Shown in pieces: positions 25,998-32,000 of a DNA stretch of 32,000 nucleotides; position 1 is the first letter of the stretch, and the number at the start of each line of letters is the position of its first letter. The stretch is from Akkermansia muciniphila ATCC BAA-835 (GTDB taxonomy: Bacteria > Verrucomicrobiota > Verrucomicrobiia > Verrucomicrobiales > Akkermansiaceae). Under the pieces are notes generated by a model. It was not told the origin of the DNA, ran no database searches, and worked only from the letters and a program-made list of their open reading frames with translations. Position numbers and translations under genes: made by a program. The stretch lies in the NCBI RefSeq assembly GCF_000020225.1, contig NC_010655.1, forward strand, positions 180,001-212,000, written 5' to 3'.

Positions 25998-27545
25998 ATG
26001 AATGGTAACTTATTTAAAATTGTACTGGTTTCAGTCGTTGCCATTCTTTTAGCCATCATAGGCGGCATCATGTCGGCGGACGGCGATCCCTTTTCTATAG
26101 TTCTGGCTGTTTCCCCCTTTATCCTGGCCGCCTTATTCCTGATGAAGGGAAAAGTGTGGTATCTGTGGATACTGATACCCATTCTTTTCCTGCCCATCCC
26201 CTCCTTAAGGGATTACGCTCCCCTTCTTGCTTACGGAATAACCCTTCCTTGTTACTTGTGGAACGCCATGCTCAGGCGTTCAAGCTTGACGTGGAATTCC
26301 GCCCCCCTTCTGGACGCTGTCGTCCTCGTGCTGTTCATGCACGTGGGCTATATCTTCCTGAGCCACCCTTTCGCTCTGGGGCTGGATGTGCTGGAAGACT
26401 ACTACGGAGGCAAGGGATACATCCTTTTCCTCCAGGCCCTCCTGGCCTATCTCTGCCTATCCTCGTTAAAAACGACCAGCCATGAACTGGGCAAGGTGCT
26501 TCAATGGGCTGTTTTCCTGACCATCGTTTTTACCCTTATCCTAACCGCCCGGAGCCTCCTTTCTCCGGATAGCGCCGGGGCGGATCTTGCCGCGAGCGCG
26601 GGCTCCGCAGGCACACTCTCCGAAAACTCCCGGAACTCTTCCTTCCTCAGAATTTCTATCTTGGTGATGCAGCTGCTCATCATCAACTACTCCGTGTGGC
26701 AGATGATCAAGCGTCCCTGGTGGGGGGCGTTGCTTCTTCTTGGAACCGTTGGCATCCTGTTAAGCGGATTTCGCTCCGCCATGGCCCAGGTTCTGTTCCT
26801 GTTCTTCACCATATCCCTAATTTACAGAAGATGGTTCTTCTGCCTTCTGGCTCCCGTCCTCGGAGTGCTATTGCTCTTGCTGCTCTCCTCTGCGGGCATG
26901 CTCCATTCTCTGCCTTTCGGCATCCAGAGAACCCTCTCAGCCGTTCCTTTCCTGGACGTCAGCGCGCAAGCCAAGGCAAACGCCGAAGACTCCATCAACT
27001 GGCGCTTTGAAATGTGGAGCTGGGCTCTGGATGACCGTGAACACTTTATTCAGGACAAAATATTCGGAGACGGCTTTTCACGGGACATCAGCATCGTGAA
27101 AGCCAATGTATATGAAGAAGCCTACAACCTGAGCAAAGACCAAAGCGCCTTTGCGTGGAACGGCCAATGGCACAGCGGCCCCATTTCCACGATTCAAACG
27201 CTCGGCTACATAGGGATTTCCCTGTACCTTATCCTGTCCGTCGTTGGCATGACCTACGCATGGATCGTCAGTAGAATTTACCGCAACCATCAATACAAGC
27301 TCGGCATCCTGTATGTTTCCGCCGTCTATTTCACCAAACCAATCTTCTTTTTCCTGATCTTTGGGGAAAGCATCACTATTGCGATGGACATCATATCCCT
27401 GGCCATCATCAAAGTACTCTACTCCTGCGCCAAGAGGGAGGGCCTCTATGTATCTCTCCATGTCCGCAAGGAATACATGCCGCTCATGATCCGGAAAACA
27501 CAGGAAAAACGGCAAGCCGCCGCAACGGCATCCATTTCCGGCTGA
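25998..27545 (+). CDS. O-antigen ligase/polymerase family (Wzy_C/WaaL-like) polytopic membrane protein
   Basis: At least 10 TM segments. Family-like blocks are LLSGFRSAMAQVLFLFF (cf. SGSRgA.lal) and a periplasmic-loop GDGFS...WHSGPISTIQTLGYIG (cf. aHNsyLq.l.E.GiiG). The 5' end is AT-shifted. Confidence 0.7.
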   Translation: MNGNLFKIVLVSVVAILLAIIGGIMSADGDPFSIVLAVSPFILAALFLMKGKVWYLWILIPILFLPIPSLRDYAPLLAYGITLPCYLWNAMLRRSSLTWNSAPLLDAVVLVLFMHVGYIFLSHPFALGLDVLEDYYGGKGYILFLQALLAYLCLSSLKTTSHELGKVLQWAVFLTIVFTLILTARSLLSPDSAGADLAASAGSAGTLSENSRNSSFLRISILVMQLLIINYSVWQMIKRPWWGALLLLGTVGILLSGFRSAMAQVLFLFFTISLIYRRWFFCLLAPVLGVLLLLLLSSAGMLHSLPFGIQRTLSAVPFLDVSAQAKANAEDSINWRFEMWSWALDDREHFIQDKIFGDGFSRDISIVKANVYEEAYNLSKDQSAFAWNGQWHSGPISTIQTLGYIGISLYLILSVVGMTYAWIVSRIYRNHQYKLGILYVSAVYFTKPIFFFLIFGESITIAMDIISLAIIKVLYSCAKREGLYVSLHVRKEYMPLMIRKTQEKRQAAATASISG

Positions 27546-27637
27546 CTGTTCCTTCCCGGGAAAAACAGGCGTCCCCTATGCTTGAGGCTGGACTAATTCA
27601 AAGGGAGTTGCTACCTTTCGGGGCGGTTCCTTTTCCC

Positions 27638-30005
<2,368 letters not shown>

Positions 30006-30023
30006 CCCTTTCATTAAGCCCGG

Positions 30024-30057
30024 GGCCTTTTCCGGAATTTCCATTCCGGAAAAGGCC
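30024..30057 (+). terminator. strong rho-independent terminator-like hairpin after pyrG
   Basis: A perfect 15-bp stem GGCCTTTTCCGGAAT (30024-30038) / ATTCCGGAAAAGGCC (30043-30057) with a TTCC loop, followed by TTCTCTTTCC. Confidence 0.7.
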
Positions 30058-30071
30058 TTCTCTTTCCAGGC

Positions 30072-31634
30072 ATGCTCACGGACCTTTTCGTCATCGTCAT
30101 TTACTTTCTTGCTATCTTCTGCATTGGCATTTATGCGGGACGAAAGCAAAACTCCCTGACAGACTATGCCCTGGGCAACCGCTCCCTGCCCTGGTGGGCT
30201 ATTCTGGCCTCTATCCTGGCGGCGGAAATCAGCGCGGCCACCTTCCTGGGGGCTCCCGGAGAAGGGTACCATACCCGCAACTTCACATACGCCCAGCTCT
30301 GCATCGGCACCATCCTGGGCCGCATCATCGTCGGCAGGCTCTTTCTCAAGCCCTATTATGACTACAAGGTTGTTTCCATCTATGAATACCTGGAAAAAAG
30401 ATTCGGGCTCCTGACGCGGCGGACAGCCTCCATGGTCTTCCTGATCAGCCGGGTGCTCGCCAGCGGAACCAGGCTCTATTTCGCGGGCATTCTGCTGGTC
30501 ATTGCCTACCAGTTCCTGACAGGCGTCACGGCAGACGCCGACCAGATTGTCCTGCTCTACATTGCCGCCCTGGTTGCCATCTCCGTCGCCACGACAATTT
30601 ATACCGCGATCGGAGGATTGAAAGCCGTCGTCTGGACGGACGTCCTCCAGGCCGTCGTTCTGGGAGTCTCCATGCTTTCCGCCCTGTGGGTACTGTTCTC
30701 CCATATCCCCGGAGGGTGGAGCTCCATCTCCGCCGCCATGAATGGCGGAGACGATTGGAAATTCTTCTCCTGGGGAACCGGAGAAGGCCTGGACTTCCTC
30801 CAACAAGGCGCCCGCGTGCTGGGCCAGGAATACACGGTGTGGGCAGCCTTCCTGGGAGCAACCTTCATCACCATGGCTACGCATGGCACGGACCAGGACA
30901 TGGTGCAGCGCATGCTGGCGGCAAAAAACAGCAAGGCGGGAACGCGTGCAGTCATCGTATCCGGCTTGCTGGACTTCCCCATCGTCATCATTTTCCTCTT
31001 CACGGGCATTCTTCTCTATGTCTTCTACCAATACAACCCGGCAAACCTCCCTGCAGACACGCCGCAGCTGCATGTGTTTCCCTACTTCATCATCCATGAA
31101 CTTCCCAACGGCATCCGCGGGCTGCTGATCGCCGGACTTCTGGCGACGGCCATGGGCTCCCTCTCCACGGCTCTAAACTCCCTGGCGACTACCGCCACCA
31201 AGGACTGGTACCAGGGGATATTCAAACCGGAAGCCACGGAACGGCAGCTGCTCCGGTGCGTGCGCTGGGGAACGGCCGTTTTCTCCCTGCTGCTCATCCT
31301 CGTGGGTTCCATCACAGCGTGGTATGTGGTGCATCACCCGGAAGTCCGCATCATCCAAATAGCCCTGGGCATTTTCGGCTATACCTATGGCTCCCTGCTT
31401 GGCATTTTCCTGTTGGGAATGCTGACCCGCACCAGAGGCAGCGACTCAGGAAACATCATTGCCATGGCGGCAGGATTCTTTGTCATCGCTTTACTGACGG
31501 AACTCATCCCTCTGCCCTCCGGCTGGCAACAATATGTTCCGGAAATAGCATTTCCGTGGCGCGTTACCATCGGAACTCTGGTTACTTTTACCGTCGGCTT
31601 CTGTTTCAGAAAACGCCGCCTTCCCATGCGCTGA
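30072..31634 (+). CDS. sodium:solute symporter (SSS/SSF family) transporter, substrate unknown
   Basis: A 520-aa protein with about 13 TM segments. SSF-like blocks: YALGNRSLPWWAILASILAAEISAATFLGAPGEGY, the WTDVLQ motif, and GTDQDMVQRMLAAK. Confidence 0.88.
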   Translation: MLTDLFVIVIYFLAIFCIGIYAGRKQNSLTDYALGNRSLPWWAILASILAAEISAATFLGAPGEGYHTRNFTYAQLCIGTILGRIIVGRLFLKPYYDYKVVSIYEYLEKRFGLLTRRTASMVFLISRVLASGTRLYFAGILLVIAYQFLTGVTADADQIVLLYIAALVAISVATTIYTAIGGLKAVVWTDVLQAVVLGVSMLSALWVLFSHIPGGWSSISAAMNGGDDWKFFSWGTGEGLDFLQQGARVLGQEYTVWAAFLGATFITMATHGTDQDMVQRMLAAKNSKAGTRAVIVSGLLDFPIVIIFLFTGILLYVFYQYNPANLPADTPQLHVFPYFIIHELPNGIRGLLIAGLLATAMGSLSTALNSLATTATKDWYQGIFKPEATERQLLRCVRWGTAVFSLLLILVGSITAWYVVHHPEVRIIQIALGIFGYTYGSLLGIFLLGMLTRTRGSDSGNIIAMAAGFFVIALLTELIPLPSGWQQYVPEIAFPWRVTIGTLVTFTVGFCFRKRRLPMR

Positions 31635-31807
31635 ACGGTGAACGCCGTTACTTGGCCACGTTCATGTTCCGCATTCCCCTTCAAACCGCCCCGTCAATGG
31701 GAGTAAAGGTGCAAGCGAAAAATAGGGGATTAGGGGATAAAAATCCCTGAGGGGGGGCGCTCCCTGTCCAACGGGTGCGCCGGAACTCCTTCTCCCGGAC
31801 ACAAAAG

Positions 31808-31836
31808 CGCCGCTTTCCCGGAAAGGGAAAGCGGCG
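31808..31836 (-). terminator. rho-independent terminator for the minus-strand gene at the right edge
   Basis: A perfect 12-bp stem CGCCGCTTTCCC (31808-31819) / GGGAAAGCGGCG (31825-31836) with a 5-nt loop. On the minus strand it is followed by CTTTTGTGT and lies 30 nt after the TAG at 31868-31866. Confidence 0.65.
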
Positions 31837-31865
31837 TGAAACGGAATGGAAACACGCTCCCTCCG

Positions 31866-32000
31866 CTACACTTCTTCGGGGGACAGCCAGCGGAAGGAAA
31901 CGATGTTGAACTTTCTTCCAAACGCCTTGTTCACGGCGCTCAGCTCCGTATCCTCCAGCGCGCCGCTCTTCATGTTGACCTGCCGGGCCGGAGTTTCCGG
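31866..32000 (-). CDS. 3' end (44 codons) of an unidentified gene continuing beyond the window
   Basis: Hand translation of the minus strand gives PETPARQVNMKSGALEDTELSAVNKAFGRKFNIVSFRWLSPEEV*. Codons are mostly G/C-ending, as in the confident genes, and a terminator hairpin follows. It is below the length cut-off of the ORF track. Confidence 0.45.
   Translation of the reverse strand, partial: PETPARQVNMKSGALEDTELSAVNKAFGRKFNIVSFRWLSPEEV

Noticed and set aside
31730-31921. A 63-codon minus-strand ORF from the track at the right edge.
   Set aside because: It starts at a TTG and runs straight through the 12-bp terminator hairpin. It is out of frame with the better-supported 3' CDS fragment (31866-32000), whose codon usage matches the genome.

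Overview
This is a core-chromosome segment of a moderately GC-rich bacterium. Several traits suggest Verrucomicrobiota, Akkermansia-like: a very divergent FtsZ beside a canonical FtsA, a GH29 fucosidase fragment, a kdsB-pyrG pair, tandem pilT genes, and almost no Shine-Dalgarno sequences. That taxonomic call is inference only, since no search was possible.

Gene order, left to right:
- alpha-L-fucosidase 3' fragment (+)
- exported thioredoxin-domain protein (-)
- carboxy(nor)spermidine dehydrogenase (+)
- secreted metallophosphoesterase (+)
- a long minus-strand string: phosphohexomutase, NlpC/P60 lipoprotein, ftsA, ftsZ, a 12-TM GT-C/DUF6056-like membrane protein, and a low-GC orphan secreted protein
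- two overlapping MsbA-like ABC exporters (-)
- a plus-strand run: NadE-like protein with apparently dead active sites, mlaE-mlaF-mlaD, a yqjD/yqjE/yqjK-like triad, pilT-pilT-parvulin PPIase, tRNA-Ala(CGC), O-antigen-ligase-like protein, kdsB, pyrG, and a sodium:solute symporter
- a small 3' CDS fragment (-)

I saw no rRNA, CRISPR array, transposase, integrase, phage or obvious defence genes, and I do not see a clear-cut new system.

The best unexplained pieces are:
1. The polytopic membrane protein whose start overlaps the ftsZ stop, together with the AT-shifted orphan behind it.
2. The NadE-like protein that seems to have lost both catalytic motif sets.
3. The conserved but functionally obscure yqjDEK-like triad, with a 40-nt gene overlap.
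4. The atypical GTP-binding and T7 motifs of FtsZ.

The many very long antisense ORFs in the track are codon-aligned shadow frames, not genes.
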